Assembly: GCA_951406725.2 (NCBI GenBank)
Contig: OX597819.1
Coordinates: 23,126,001 to 23,190,000, forward strand
Direction of reading: 5' to 3'
Origin: Octopus vulgaris
Lineage: Eukaryota
Length of the DNA: 64,000 nucleotides
Positions within the stretch are counted from its first letter, which is position 1; every line of letters starts with the position of its first letter. The translations under genes were made by a program, and so were the position numbers. The notes beneath the pieces are model-generated. The model saw nothing but the letters and a program-made list of their open reading frames with translations, was not told the origin of the DNA and ran no database searches. Below are positions 13,274-27,873 of this stretch, one piece after another.

Positions 13274-13580
13274 ATTATTGTATGTTCCACTGAGGAAACA
13301 AAAATGTTCCAGTAAGAGAAAGGGAGAAAGTAACGAAAACAAACTTAGAGCGGACTGCCTTCTGATTGCTTGCTTAAAAAGAAAATAATTTATTAAGTTT
13401 AAGGAAATGTCAAGGTCGTAGCTACATTATGATGAAATCAGAATAAACTGCAATAATACAATTATGTACATTCATAAAACTGAGTTGTGAAAAAGCAAAA
13501 TAATGTTTAAAGGGTTACTGTTCGGAAGTCTCCATACGACCAGATCTAAATATTTTTTAATGGTTAAAATTTATTTTGTA

Positions 13581-13973
13581 CTAGCAGTATCGCCCGACGT
13601 TGCTCGGGTTTGTAAGGGAAATAACTATATAAGCATTTTTAGAGATGTAAAGTATAATAGCCATCTCAATATGGCTAACCACAAAGGGGGTGTTACTGTA
13701 GCTTTTTACGTTCTGAAATTTAATAATACATTTTTAGAGAGTTACTTCCCTTATATAATAGCAAAAAAATGCATTAAAAATGGGAAAAAATTATGGTAAT
13801 TTTTTTTTAAATCGTAGACTCATCGTAGACGCGCGCTAATACCCAGAAGGGCTCGATATGAATCACGACTATAAGATATCCGCTTTTGGTTAAACTGTAC
13901 CGCAAGATGTGGGAGTAGTTAGGAATCTAAATCGTAGGAGACAGACACACAACTTCACTTTTATATATAAAGA
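13581..13973 (-). mobile_element. Non-autonomous Helitron
   Basis: On the minus strand: 5'-TC start, CCCGAGCAACGTCGGG hairpin near a CTAG-3' end, inserted at A|T with no TSD. Confidence 0.85.
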
Positions 13974-14036
13974 TTTGCTGGCAATTTGAGTGCAACTGCT
14001 AAACACGGTTATACGTATCATGATTGTATTTTGCAA

Positions 14037-14640
14037 GGTGGTGAGTTACGAGAATCGTTAGCACGCCGGACTAAATGCTTAGCGGCATTTTGTCCATCAT
14101 TACGTTCTGAGTTCAAATTCCGTCGAGGTCGACTTTGCCTGTCATCCTTTCACAGTCTATAAAATAAGCACAAGTTATGCACTGGGACCGATGTTATCGA
14201 CAATGCTCCTCCCTACAAATTTCAGGCCTTGTGCCTGTTGTAGAAAGGGTTATGATTATAGTTTGTACGGCTGTGTGACTAAAAAGCGCGCTTCGAAACC
14301 ATGTAGTTTCGGTTTCACTCACACTGCGCGGCACCTTGGGCGTCTTCTAATGCCTTGAGAGTGAATTTATTCATAGAAACTGTGTGGAAGCCCGCCGTAC
14401 ATATATATATATATATATATATATATGTGCGTGTTTGTGCTTTTGATTTTCTCTTACCACCTCTTAACAACCAGTGTTGGTTTGCTTACGTCCTCGAAAC
14501 TTAGCGTTTCGAGAAAAGAGACCTCTTGATTAAATACCAGACTTTAAAAAAGTACTGGGATGGGTTTGTTTGGGTAACCCTTCAAGGCGGTGCTCCAGCA
14601 TTGCCGGTGTCCAGTGACTGAAACTAGTAAATCATAAAAG
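14037..14640 (+). mobile_element. Two adjacent tRNA-derived SINEs (family A 14037-14250, family B about 14268-14640)
   Basis: Diverged matches to the two families defined by the copies at 32165 and 48136. Confidence 0.75.
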
Positions 14641-15069
14641 ATTAGAAGTTGATGATAAAGACTATTCTGATGATTTTTACAAAAATGCTTAAAAAACCAA
14701 TAAAATATCCAAAAATATTTCAGTAAAATATAGTAAAAAGAAAAACTATTGACTTTCTGTTATGAAATGATTCATAACAGGACCAACTTCAAATTATTCC
14801 TGCAAATAATGGTTGATTAGATTAATTGTAGCGCTTAAGGAGTCTACAGAATTTTTTTTGAAGTTTTCTAAATGCTTCTTCTTATGATAATTAAATTCTT
14901 TTCGATTATCGTGTAATTTTTCTCTTTGAATATGACTGTTTCCGTGTAAAAATTAGGTTAGATTTTTCGAAAAAGGAAGAAATTAAAGCAGAACCTAAAA
15001 CGTATTCTATTTTGTGATTTCTATACTAAAGTTTTATTATGGTGAGTGCTCCAATGATTAAATAATTTT

Positions 15070-16047
15070 TTCTACTCTAAGCACAAGGCCCGATATTTTG
15101 GGGGCGGGTCCAGTCGATTAGATCGACCCAGTGCGCAACTAGTACTTATTTAATCGACCCCGAAAGGATAAAAGGCAAAGTCGACCTCAGTGGAATTTGA
15201 ACTCAGAACGTAGCGGCAGACGAAATACCTGTTTCTTTACTACACACAAGGGGCTAAACACAGCGAGGACAAACAATGACAGACAAACGGATTAAGACGA
15301 TTATATCGACCCCAGTGCGTAACTGGTACTTATTTAATCGACCCCGAAAGGATGAAAGGCAAAGTCGACCTCGGCGGAATTTGAACTCAGAACGTAACGG
15401 CAGACGAAATACCGCTAAGCATGTCGCCCGGCATGCTAACGATTCTGCCAGCTTGCCGCCTTCCAACGACTACATAATTGTTCACACTATGATTACACAG
15501 CTGTGCTTGTTATTATGAGAAGCAGGAACAGCTGTGAGGTTAAGAACCTTCGTTCCGTAACCTGGTAGTTTCGTATTCAATCTCACCATGTGGTTATATA
15601 CGCAAGTGTATTCCAGGGTTTTGTATTCCAAATGCGTTGTGAATAAAATTTGGTAGAAGGAAGTTGTGTAGAAAAGCCTCGTGCATGTGTGTGTGTATAC
15701 ATAGGCATGTGTGTGTGTGTTTGTGTGTGTGTATTTATGTACGACCCCGAAAGGATAAAAGGCAAAGTCGACCTCAGTGGAATTTGAACTCAGAACGTAG
15801 CGGCTAACGAAATACCTATTGCTTTACTACCCACAAGGGGCTAAACACAGAGGGGACAAACAAGGACAGACATAGGTATTAAGTTCATTACATCGATCCC
15901 AGTGCGTAACTGGAACTTAATTTATCGACCCCGAAAGGATGAAAGGCAAAGTCGACCTCGGCGGGATTTGAACTCAGAACGTAACGGCAGTTGAAATACG
16001 GCTACGCATCTCGCCCGGCGTGCTAACGTTTCTGCCAGCTCTCCGCC
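15070..16047 (-). mobile_element. Tandem cluster of family-A SINE units
   Basis: Four copies of GACCCCGAAAGGAT(G/A)AAAGGCAAAGTCGACCTC..TTTGAACTCAGAACGTA; tRNA-like heads end near 15460 and 16047. Confidence 0.85.
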
Positions 16048-17544
16048 CTTCTTTAGCATTCATATTAGACTGTCAATTATAATGTTTATTTATTAACGTT
16101 GTTTTGAATTAATCAAGCATTACCTTATAGCCTTGATATTTCGATGATATGATTGTGTATCTTTAGTACGACATTGTAGGATAGGTGTGAGAAGCCTGAT
16201 CTACTTAGATTGAACATAAAACAGGTAGAACACTTGGGCCTAGTATGGCTGCTTTGAATGGGTAAGGATTAAATCTACACCTATAACAAAAACAACTCTA
16301 TTACTTACCATTTACAATCTAAAATCTAAAATTAAAACGTCACCATAAATTCAATGCAAGTGATAGTGTGTTCTCTTGTTATAAAATTCAACACTCACTT
16401 TCTTGACTATTTCCAGTTAAACGCAAACGTTATAAAAATCACAAAAAAGTTTCTAAAATATTTAAACGAATAAGAAAACAATGGCGTTTTATAATATGTA
16501 AAATTAAACAGAATTTTAACTACGATGGAGTCTTATTAATAAAATATAACACCATTGGAAACGAATTATAGTTTTAGGAAAAAAAACAAATTAAATATAT
16601 TTGTAGTGACAAAGTTTAAATATTTCAATATGTATGAAGTCTAAAAGGGGACGTTCGTTTTGAAGAGAGATGCATAAATTAAACAGCTGTATTTTGTAAT
16701 AGTAGTAGAAGCTCACTGTGTCGTATTTAGCAACCAAAAACAATTGACCGCCTTACGTTTGATCACGAGGTTCTTGTTTCGATTCTGCTGAACAGGATCT
16801 TTGGCAAGTAACTTTTATCCTAACTTCGAACTGACGTGATTGTGAGTCAAATTTGGAGGGGAAATTATACGGATCTTAGGCTCATATGCTTAGAGTGTTG
16901 ATGCATCGCCTGATTTAATAACCCCACATGACATTTGATGCCTTCAGAAGAAGCAATTCTGTTTAAGTATTCTGGCGTATTCTGTTGTAATTACTCTGAT
17001 GTATTAATGTGTTCCTTTTTTTTATTGTGGCAGTCCGTGAGGTGTGATTTTGGCTCTCCATTGTAGTGTCTGAATCCCTATAGAAAATCATTGGCGTTTA
17101 CCTCCCTATTTGAGCTTCAGAAAAAAGATATATATAAAATATGTAGATACATTAGACTCAATAGATTGGAAAAGATTTCCTCGAAACCACCTCTGAAACT
17201 TTGCTGTTCAAACAATCAAAATATCAACATTTTGATCTGATGTTGCAACCACCCTATAAAATAATACTTCACTTAACGCATACTCTACAGAATCACCGCT
17301 AAACAATACAACACAAACCTGGCTCTAGACATATACAAATCAATTAGCACAACTCATATTCTTACATAATCGATACACAATATAATAACACCAACAACTC
17401 GCACAATTCACTTACAGCACAGCTGCAAAATATCAATAGAGTGTGACACAACAGATACTCTACACAGTCACCAAAAAATATTAAGAATACAGCAGCAATC
17501 ACACAGCGCAAGTAATACTCGTCGGAAATTGAGATCAGCACCAC

Positions 17545-18030
17545 CCAAAATGTGTACAAAGCGGTGACAGGAGCAAAGATTAACCATGGGAAGTCGGTGG
17601 ACCTGCAGCTCGACATGTAGAAAAACAGGTGCATGCCACCCGGCAGTGTCGTGGCAGGTTGGATGGAAGGGCCGCTTAAATTACTTGGGATTTGGTTTGG
17701 TCCGGAACACCAGGTAAACAAGAGTTGTTGGGAGTTGACGAAAAGGGTGACCGGTCTCATGCAGAAATGGAGCGAGAGGAAGCTGTCCCAGGATTACTGG
17801 GTGAAGGTAGCAAATGCGCACATCGCCTCCGTCATCTACTACCACGTGATCGTCGTCCATTGCTCTGATGCGGTGCTGATCAAGCTGGAACGATTATGCT
17901 TCTGCTGTCTTTAGAAGGGACAGAACCCGCTTGTCGGACGGTCCATCTTCTGTCAGCAGCTGCTGCATGGAGGGCTGGAAACACCGTGGTTTATGTCGCA
18001 AAGGCATGCGCTGCAGAAGAAATTGTACGG
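17545..18030 (+). mobile_element. L1/Tx1-clade LINE ORF2 fragment (distal RT region)
   Basis: GAKINHGKS..LKLLGIWFGP..W..LSQ..VKVANAHIASVIYY..KLERLCF..*KG..LV.R..HGGL matches the Tx1 pattern SGxKINxxKS..KxLGIW..W..LS..GGL. Confidence 0.8.
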
Positions 18031-18931
18031 ATCTCAGTCTCATATATTTAGAGTGTTTATCCGTCTTTTGATTTAACACCACCAGCTGACATTTGACGCC
18101 TACGGCAAAAGAAATTCTGTTGTATTCTGACTAAGATTCAAGTCTAAGAATAAATTGAGGTATCAACGTGTTGTTTTTTTATTGTGACGTCTCCAGCGAT
18201 TCTTTAACTGCAAGCCGGTGTGGTGGTCGTTCATCCAACTAGATTTTCAGCAACTTGTCTCATTTACGAAGCTGCAGCCCTGGATCTGGCGTACACCGAA
18301 ACTTGACACTTTGAGTGTTGCCAAACGCTCACAGTCCTCTACCAACCAGTAGGGGCAAAGGACCAATGGAAGTTGTACCTCGAGATTTATAGATTAGTGG
18401 CGAGTAAAAACAATGACGGCAGCAGCAGCAGTAGTAGTAGTAGTAGTAGCAGTAGTGTCAGGAACGGCGTCCTTCAACAGTCTGCTTGCTCATCTTGAAC
18501 AAAATATCAATCGAAGTATCGAAAAGAAATCACATATACAAGAAAATGGTTTTGAGTTTTACCTCACAAAGAGTAAACCTACTGACTACTTGCATCTACA
18601 CGAATGTGGTTTACAAACACCGAAATGCGGCATATAATAATTGGTTCGAATTTGGGACAAACGCTGATGGTGGGTTGGATAAACACTGATGCCAGTATTC
18701 AACTAATACTTGTTTTATCAAAGAAAAGCAGAGTCGGCATCGGTGGTATTTGAACTCAGAACGTAAAGAACCGAAGGGAATGCTGCTAGATTTCGACCGG
18801 TGCGATAACGATTTTGCTCGCCAATTTTGGGGCATGTTACAATACATACTTGCCCAGGCATAACTTAGCGCTCTGCTGATTTTTCGAGCGAAAATAGGTA
18901 GACGCCTAACAAGCATTTCTCTTATTAAAAA

Positions 18932-19446
18932 CTAGCAGTATCGCCCGGCGTTGCTCGAGTTTGTAAGGGAAATAACTATATAAGCATTTTTAGAGAGTTA
19001 CTTCCCTTATAGATGCCAATTCGGGCTTTCTTAGCCATTTCTGTTTTGGTGTCTTCAAGCCATGAAGTCGTTGTTCTAAAAGAACGCTGGTCTCCTTGAC
19101 AACGCTTTACGACGTTGATTTCCTTACATTCCCTTCCCCCACAGCTTCACGAAGGAGGGTAGAAGGGGGAGAAGCAAACAGGTGCAGGTGTGACCGTGGA
19201 CGCCAACTCCGCCGCCATCGACACACGAAAAATTATGCATTAAAATGGAATAAAAAAATGATGTTAAATTATTTTTAAAATCGTAGACTCAGCGTAGACG
19301 CGCGCTAATACTCAGACGGGCTCGATATGAAGCACGACTATAAGATACCCGAATTTGGTTAAACTGCACAGCAAAATGTGGGAGTAGTTAGGAATCTAAA
19401 TCGAAGGGGACAGACACTCACACAACTACAGTTTTATATATATAGA
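18932..19446 (-). mobile_element. Non-autonomous Helitron (same termini as 13581 copy, different interior)
   Basis: TC...hairpin...CTAG ends at an A|T site; shares both terminal regions with 13581-13973. Confidence 0.85.
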
Positions 19447-20187
19447 TAACTTCTCAGGGACGCTGTGTCGGTTAGACTAAATCTTCTCAGCAACCGTTGA
19501 TAAACGATTTTGCATTCAGTTGGTACAACCTTAATGTCGCATGAAAAAACCACATATTCAAATTGTACGATACTCATTTTAAAGAAAGGAACACTAGAAC
19601 GATGAGGGTCAGAATTATCGAAGACGAACCAGTTGTTCTATGGTGCAGTGGTTGATCAAAATGAGACAATGATAACCTAACTCTTGCTATCGCTGTAGTC
19701 TTGGAATATGAAAGACATAAACCTCGTTATTAAAACATCGCAGAGCAAATATATGTAGACCTATTAAATTGAACATCTGTAATCTCTATCTATTGTTGAT
19801 GGTTTCACCTGCAAAAACGAAATATCGGACACATACAATAAGACTGAACATCAACTGTCGACTAAGATATGTAGCACCATCGAAATTTAGTTAGAGGAGA
19901 TAGCTCAAATTATTAAAGAAACATACAATGTACATTGCAACTAATATACTGAAAAGAAAACTACTTCAAAATATGACCAACTTAGATACACGCCAAAAGT
20001 TTAATCAAGATACTCAGTGTTGATATCATATAAGACATAGATATTGGAGACGAGGGAAATGGATAAGTGAAACCGTGAGAGCTTGTAAGTCCAGAGGCGA
20101 TACATCAATGAGAAGTACATATTCTCTTCTTAAATCATTTTTAGATAGCGCATTTGTGTATGCCATTGTGTACATACACACACACAC

Positions 20188-20225
<38 letters not shown>

Positions 20226-20790
20226 ATATATATATATATATATACACGCAGATGTATGTATAGAGACACATATACGAGGGCGGGATATACGAGTGTCTGG
20301 AAAAAAATATATGTATATATGTGTGTTTTTAAGTATTATTTCTAAATTATCCGTTTACCTTTGTTTAACCAAACGGCTTAATACGCAACATAAGCAAATA
20401 TCGAGTTATACTAGATGTGTACTACAAGCAAATATTTCATATCTACTTTATATGCACAGTAAACAACGTCAAATGCATAATTCATACCTACATAATTATT
20501 GAATCTAAAAGTGACTAGCGGTGGTCATGTGTGAAAAGGTCAAATACAACTATGCAGTACACACACATACACACACATGCGTGTGTGTGTGTGTGTGTGA
20601 GTATATATATATATATATCGGTTCAACGAAATCGCATTAAATTATAATCGCCATCCGGTGTGTGTACATTCTGATATGATGCACAAATGCCAATATAAAT
20701 ATATAGAGAATTGACGCACACAGACACATGTTGGGTGAATGTATGTATATATGTATATATGTGTGTGTGTATACACAATCACACATTCAT

Positions 20791-20801
<11 letters not shown>

Positions 20802-20886
<85 letters not shown>
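20802..20886. repeat. (GATA)n microsatellite
   Basis: Direct reading; similar tracts at about 44843-44920 and 57735-57785. Confidence 0.95.
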
Positions 20887-20887
<1 letters not shown>

Positions 20888-23774
20888 GCGCAGATATATA
20901 GAAAATAACTAAAAATATCAGTTCCGTTACAAGAATAATAGATTTGGGAAAGTTTCTTATTTCCGCTGCTGCTAAAGTCTGACTCCGTTAACAAATCAAA
21001 TAGGCATCGGTTCCTAATTATTACGGATAAGTTATACACCAACTCTAAAAATGATTTAAAATAGACAAGGAAGAGCACTTGGAAAACCTACTAGAAATTA
21101 TGCTTTGTAAATTCTAAGAATAGGTTTAAGTAAATTTTATTGTATCTAGGAAGAGTCGTTCTCTTTTAGTGCCTTATTAATTTAACACACTGACCGGTTT
21201 CCACTTCTTGGCTTATTTATTTTTGCTAAAATTTTCGTTTGCGATTGCAACATTTTCAATAGTCTTTGACTCTTAGTAAAGACTCTTTAAACAAATATGA
21301 TACTAAAAATATTAAGTTTGATTTAAAAACAATGACATCTAAGCATGAAAGACACCCACACATACACACGGACACTTCAAAGTAGGGTGTGAGTTTAAGA
21401 GGCTCAATTTGTAAGCATGTAGTTTCGAGTTCGGTCCCATTATGCGGCGCTCTGGACAAGAGCCGAGTACTATAGCCTGAGGATGACCAATACTTTATAA
21501 GTGAATTTTATAGCGGGAAACTATGGAAGCTTTCGTGTGTGCATGTGTGAGTGTGCGTGTCTATGTTTTCATTTGACCCATTACATCGCTTGACAGTGGT
21601 GTTGGTTTCTTAAAAAATTATAAGTACTAGGGTCGATTTGTTCGACTGAATACTTTATAACGGTATCCCAGCATGGCCGCAGTCTAAGGACTGAAACAAG
21701 TAGCAAAAATTAATCATAAAAGCTAACAGCGTGCAGAACACACTAAACATCTTGGTCATTAGTTTGTGCATTTGTATAATAAACAGAAAGTGGTCGAAAT
21801 GGTCTGCATGTGCAAGCCGAAAAGCTACTTACGACATTGCAAAAAGTTGAAAGTATTTTATAAACATTCGCTCAGAGAGGATTGCAACTGACAGCAATAG
21901 AGAACTATTATAAAACCATTAGAAAAATATTCAGAAGGAAGTATGAGTGACCGGATTAATAGAGAAGACAAAGAAATGGAACTACTTTTCTTTCTGCAGA
22001 GGGAAGCAATATAAGTCAAACGAGCAATAAATGTACAAAACTGACTTCCGCTTAAGACAAACCAACAGAAAATGGAAACATAAACCAGTAAAAAAACTAT
22101 ACAAAAGAGAGTCATCTGTGCGCCACACTTAATGCAAATACATCAGGAGAAAGCAAATTTATTGCGGTATTTTTCCAGAGATAATATCTCTTATGGACTT
22201 GAGGTAGTGAACTGGCAGGATTGTTAGCACGCCGGATAAAGTACATAGTGGCTTTTACGTTCTGAGTTCAAATTCCGCCATGGCCGGGCGTTGCCTTTCA
22301 TCCTTTTGGTGTCGATAAAATAAGTACCAGCTGAGCACGGGGGTCGATGTAATCGATTTACTTCCACCCCTAAATTGTTGGTATTGTGCCGAAATTTAAA
22401 CCCATATCTTTTCTGGACTTATGTTTAAAATTCAGTCGGACAATTGCAACGTCAATGATTGAACAATCACCGGAGATGCAAATTAGCTGAAGCAGCAGAT
22501 TTCATCTAAGCCGGCAGTTAGTAGGTAATACATACAACAAACAAAAGTTAAAAAGACTCAAAAGCGCATTTACTCTTCTCCCTGGTGCTGCCGGGATTTT
22601 TGTACGCTACTGATATATTTTAAGTTTTTGAAAACAGCACGTCCATAAGTGATATTATCTCCAGACAAATACCAAAGTAATTATGTTTTATCGCGATTTA
22701 TTGTAGATCACTGTTTTAATTTGATATTGCTTTTGTTATATATAATGGGTACCAAAGATGAATTAATATACTTGAAACAGCATTACATTAAATCACCGGT
22801 GTGTATAAAATTTATAGTGTACATACAAAAGTGGAACAGAATATTTTGTCTCAGAGGAACTTCTCAAAGAGACTTACATATTAAAGAAACACATGACTTC
22901 GTTCAGAACGCCGGTAGATAATATGAAAGCATAAATACACAAAAGAGCAAATATATTGAGACAAAAATCATTTTAGCATCCTACAAAAGTAAACAGAGAT
23001 AAAGTGAGTCGATATGAAAGCAAACAATAGCAGAAAATCTGTAGACGTAAGGTAAGAAAGGAATGTCTGATTTTTAACAGTACACGATCAATGGCAACTC
23101 ACAGACATCTAGCAAAATAACGAATTGAACAAGATGCTAATATCAACGGTAGACCAAGCAATCAATAAAAAGAAACAATGGACCAACTATCTCAAAGACA
23201 GAACAGATCCACATTCATGGCTATATGATAATATACATAGACACCTACAACATAACTGAAAATGGCTTAAGCATGCTAGAAATCAGGTCTGTAACTATAA
23301 AAGTACATCTCCCAAATTTCCCAAGCGATTCTCGTTTATTTCATACACCAACATACAGGTGCATCTCGCTCCGGATTTTGTCTCTTCAATCAGCTGAGCT
23401 GTATTCAACATCAGACCAAATATTGGTTTCAAATTTTGGAACAAAGTCGGCAATTTCGGGAGAGTAGGGTAAGTCGATTACATCGAACCCTCTGCTCAAC
23501 TGGTAAGTTATTAAACCAACCCCAGAAGGATTAAAGGCAACGTCAACATGAGCAGAATTTGAACTCAGAAGCTATATAGCATAATGTATGTGTGTCGATG
23601 GTAAGCCAGAAGCTGCAATGTTCGTCCAGGAAAAATTCCTATTATAGACGTAGGGATTTAAAAAACAGAATGTACTTTAGAGCTAGGCGAAACAGAATCA
23701 CCTCGGATGTGACTGTGAGAACAGCAGGTGTACATAGCATTCACAAGCCACCGTATTGGGGCTTGTGTATGCTA

Positions 23775-24085
23775 TGTATGCTATAGCCTCGGGCCAACCA
23801 AAGCCTTGTGAGTGTATTTGGTAGACGGAAACTGAAAGAAGCCCGTCGTATATATGTATATATATATATTTATGTGTGTGCGTGTATGTTTGTGTGTCTG
23901 TGTTTGTACCCCTAGCATTGTTTGACAACTTTATGTCCCTGTCACTTAGCGGTTCGGCAAAAAACACTGATAGAATAAGTACTGGGCTTACAAAGAATAA
24001 GTCCCGGGGTCGAGTTGCTCGACTAAATTCAGTGCTCCAGCATGGCCGCAGTCAACTGACTGAAACAAGTAAAAGAGTAAATGAG
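23775..24085 (+). mobile_element. Family-B SINE (5'-truncated) with internal TA/TG microsatellite
   Basis: High similarity to 48136-48505. Confidence 0.8.
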
Positions 24086-24501
24086 AGAGTAACTAAATAC
24101 TAATAGTTTTATATTAATTCTGCCAAAGCTGTTTGTTCTTTATTCTTTTATTTCAGTTTTTTTTAGAGTAAGTCCATGCTGGAACATCATATCCAAAGAA
24201 TTTTGATCAATTATAATGACTTCAATAATGAAGGTATTCTTAACATAATTCAGCATAGTATTCTTGTTTGAAACGAGATCAAATTTGCCAGACCGAATTC
24301 AATAGAGATAGTGTATAAATAAAACGCTGGCTTCCGTTGTCGCAGTTTAGTTTGAATAAACTTCGGATTATATACTTCACAATTGTTTGACAGAATTTAT
24401 CATAGTATCTATGACAATATATTTGAGACAAAATCATTCTTGATAATATTCGGTTACTATTTGTTATGGCGGCGATCTAGCAGATTCGTTAACATGCTGG
24501 G

Positions 24502-24551
<50 letters not shown>

Positions 24552-24812
24552 GTTTTATTACGAGAAGATGTAATGAACAGACGTTATGACTTTATATATA
24601 ATAAGTCACTACAATTGTTTCGATACATCAATATCAGCTGGTAATTGCTGAATGTCACATATATTATACAAATTATTGCATTAATATGATACAACAATAG
24701 CTGTATAGATGCGCGTCTACGTATTAGTAGGGTCAAAATCACTGAAGACGTGCATGTATAGCGCTATTGTTGGATTAATGTGTATAATGTATATACTATG
24801 TATAATGTATGT

Positions 24813-25156
24813 GAAGGCGCATTGCTCAGTGGTTAGAGCGTCGAGCTTACGATCGTGAGGTTGTGAGCTCGATTCCCGGACCGGGCTGCGTGTTGTGTTC
24901 TTGAGCGAGGCACTTTATTTTCACGTTGCTCCAGTTTATTCAGCTGTAGAAATGAGTTGCGACGTCACAGGTGCCAAGTTGTATCGACCTTTGTCTTTCC
25001 CTTGGATAACACTGGTGGCGTGGAGAGGGGAGGCTGGTATGCATGGGCGACTGCTGGTCTTCCATAAACAACCTTGCCCAGGCTTGTATCTAGGAGGGTA
25101 ACTTTCTAGGTGCAATCCCATGGTCATTCATGACCGAAGGGGGTCTTTACCCCTTT
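24813..25156 (+). mobile_element. Full-length tRNA-derived SINE (family C, CORE-like body)
   Basis: A-box TTGCTCAGTGG and B-box GCTCGATTCC, then TGTGTTCTTGAGCGAGGCACTTTATTT. TAATGTAT occurs on both sides as a probable TSD. Confidence 0.8.
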
Positions 25157-25505
25157 AATGTATAATATATCGAACATTCAGGAATAACCTACTGATACTG
25201 ATGCGCCGAAACAATTGTAGTGATTTGTAATAAAACCTGTTCGTTCACTCCCTCTTCCCTTATTAAGATTATTTTGTTTTGCATCTACGCATGCTCGCGG
25301 ATTTACACATGCGTATCTAGTAAAAGGAGAAGTTCCACTGCACTATAGAAATTGGTAGCCATACATGAAGAGGTGCTTTGGAAAGCATAGTATAAGGTCA
25401 TTACGCAATTAATATTATATAGCGAGATAGATAGATAGATATGCACAAATATACTTACTACCTACCTACCAGCATATATATATATATATGCATGTAGGTA
25501 TAACT

Positions 25506-26010
<505 letters not shown>

Positions 26011-26081
26011 TGAAAAGATGCATGTATGAATATCTAGCTACATACATGCATATGTAAATAAGTATTTATATAATCTGTGCG

Positions 26082-26122
<41 letters not shown>

Positions 26123-26851
26123 GAACGCACATAATGCATATACATTAGTGTATATGTTGGGAATGCCTTCATACAGCCTCGAATTTCCCTTAATGGTATT
26201 TATATCTCTAAAAAAAATCCAACAACGCATTTTCATTTTGAGATAAAAAAAATTATAAATAAATAATTAGAAATTTGTCCTTTTGAAGCAACACTCTTTA
26301 TTAAAAGGTCGTGTTACATTTTCAATTGTACTTCCTTATTCATGTGATCTTGTATTTTACTTTTTCTATTTCATTGAATTTCTGAATCATTAACCTTACG
26401 TGAAATATCTCCGCGATACAACCAACAAGGAAGCAGCCATTTGATTCGTGTACTTTTAGCAAACGAACATTCAAATCTGGCAAGGTATGACCTTTGGAAA
26501 CCATTTGAGTATTCCTGCAATAGAATTACTTCACACACATTTTCTAATTATCTCTCTCTTGGAAACAAATTTCTTAAAGTGATTAGTGCGGTGATTTGAA
26601 CTGATCCTATTATATTGCTAACAACATAATCCATTGATCTCCGTGGATGCAACACTTTTGTATCCGCTGGATTTGAAATCGAGACTTTGGCGTCTGAATG
26701 TCGGGAACGGAGAACTTATATTTTGAGATCTACATCTTTGAAGATATTTCGTCAATTTTAAATTCTGAATTTTTTCATAAAGTAAAACTATACACAAAGC
26801 TATCAGTGGTTAAGAATATAGACATGGCCAAGATCCACGTTTATATATAAA

Positions 26852-27243
26852 CTAGCAGTATCACCCGGCGTTGCTCGGGTTTGTTTCGACCCTTTAGAAT
26901 TGGAACTTTTGAAAAGTAAAAATTTTGCATTATGTAGCTTGTTATTCTCTTTACGTGAACATTTTTCTGGTTGAAATACACCGAAAAATGGCGACGCAGC
27001 AGCGAAAAAATCGGAAAAAATAGGGATTTTCATAGAAAAAAAAGCACCATTTTTATGTAAATAATTTTGGTATTAACATGGTCCGATTTGAATTTTATCT
27101 TCTACGGAAGGAAGAGCAAGCCTTCCTCTATCATACTCTCAATTTCGGTCAACTTGCGCTGCAGGGTCTCGGAGGAGATAGTGTTAGTTGAAGGCTACCA
27201 AACCTGTCATACACAGACAACTTCAGGTTTATATATAGAGAGA
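26852..27243 (-). mobile_element. Non-autonomous Helitron, second subfamily
   Basis: Same CTAG and CCCGAGCAACGCCGGG hairpin 3' end, TC 5' end; unrelated interior. Confidence 0.8.
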
Positions 27244-27842
27244 TATATGTATGTACGCCTGCATGTTGAGTTGTGCATTATGCATAAGTATTGCATGCAG
27301 TTTATATCGGCGAATATTTATTCATTTTCATGACGTATGTCACGCTATTTCTGATTGAAGACTACGTTAAATATGCAAGTGTCTGTCGAATATTGAGCTA
27401 CTTAAATAACAATTTAATACATAGGTTGTTCTATTGATCGGAAACCTAGAACAGTCATTATGGAAAACAAAGCACCTTTCATTAATATACAAACAAATAC
27501 CTCAAGCAGTCAACCATGATGTTATGTACGCGAATTAAATAATGATTGCGCAATATTATTACATCCTTTATCTTTTACTTGTTCCAGTTGGTGGGCCGCA
27601 ACCATGCTGGAGGGCCAGCATGAAGGGGTTTGTAGTCTAAGAAATCGACACCATAACGTCTTTTTTTAAAGTCTGCTATCATTCTATTGGTCATTTTTGC
27701 CGAACTGTTTGGTTATGAGGACGTAAATAAACACACACTCTGGTTGTCAAGCAATGGTGATTAGATAAACACAGACAGGAAAATACACACACATACACTC
27801 TCACTCACTAACACAGACACACACACACACATACACACACGC

Positions 27843-27865
<23 letters not shown>

Positions 27866-27873
<8 letters not shown>

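Noticed and set aside
16885-18190. Similar segments (16890-17030 and 18048-18185) flanking the Tx1 fragment, as possible LTRs
   Set aside because: Too diverged, with no TG..CA ends, PBS or TSD; more likely two copies of a dispersed repeat.
19780-20050. Possible PLE RT remnant; also a CR1/L2-like WTNYLKDR near 23180
   Set aside because: Too degenerate to support by eye.
24813-24885. tRNA-like sequences (also 47428, 48136, 52812)
   Set aside because: No proper acceptor stem, and they run into SINE bodies; these are SINE heads, not tRNA genes.
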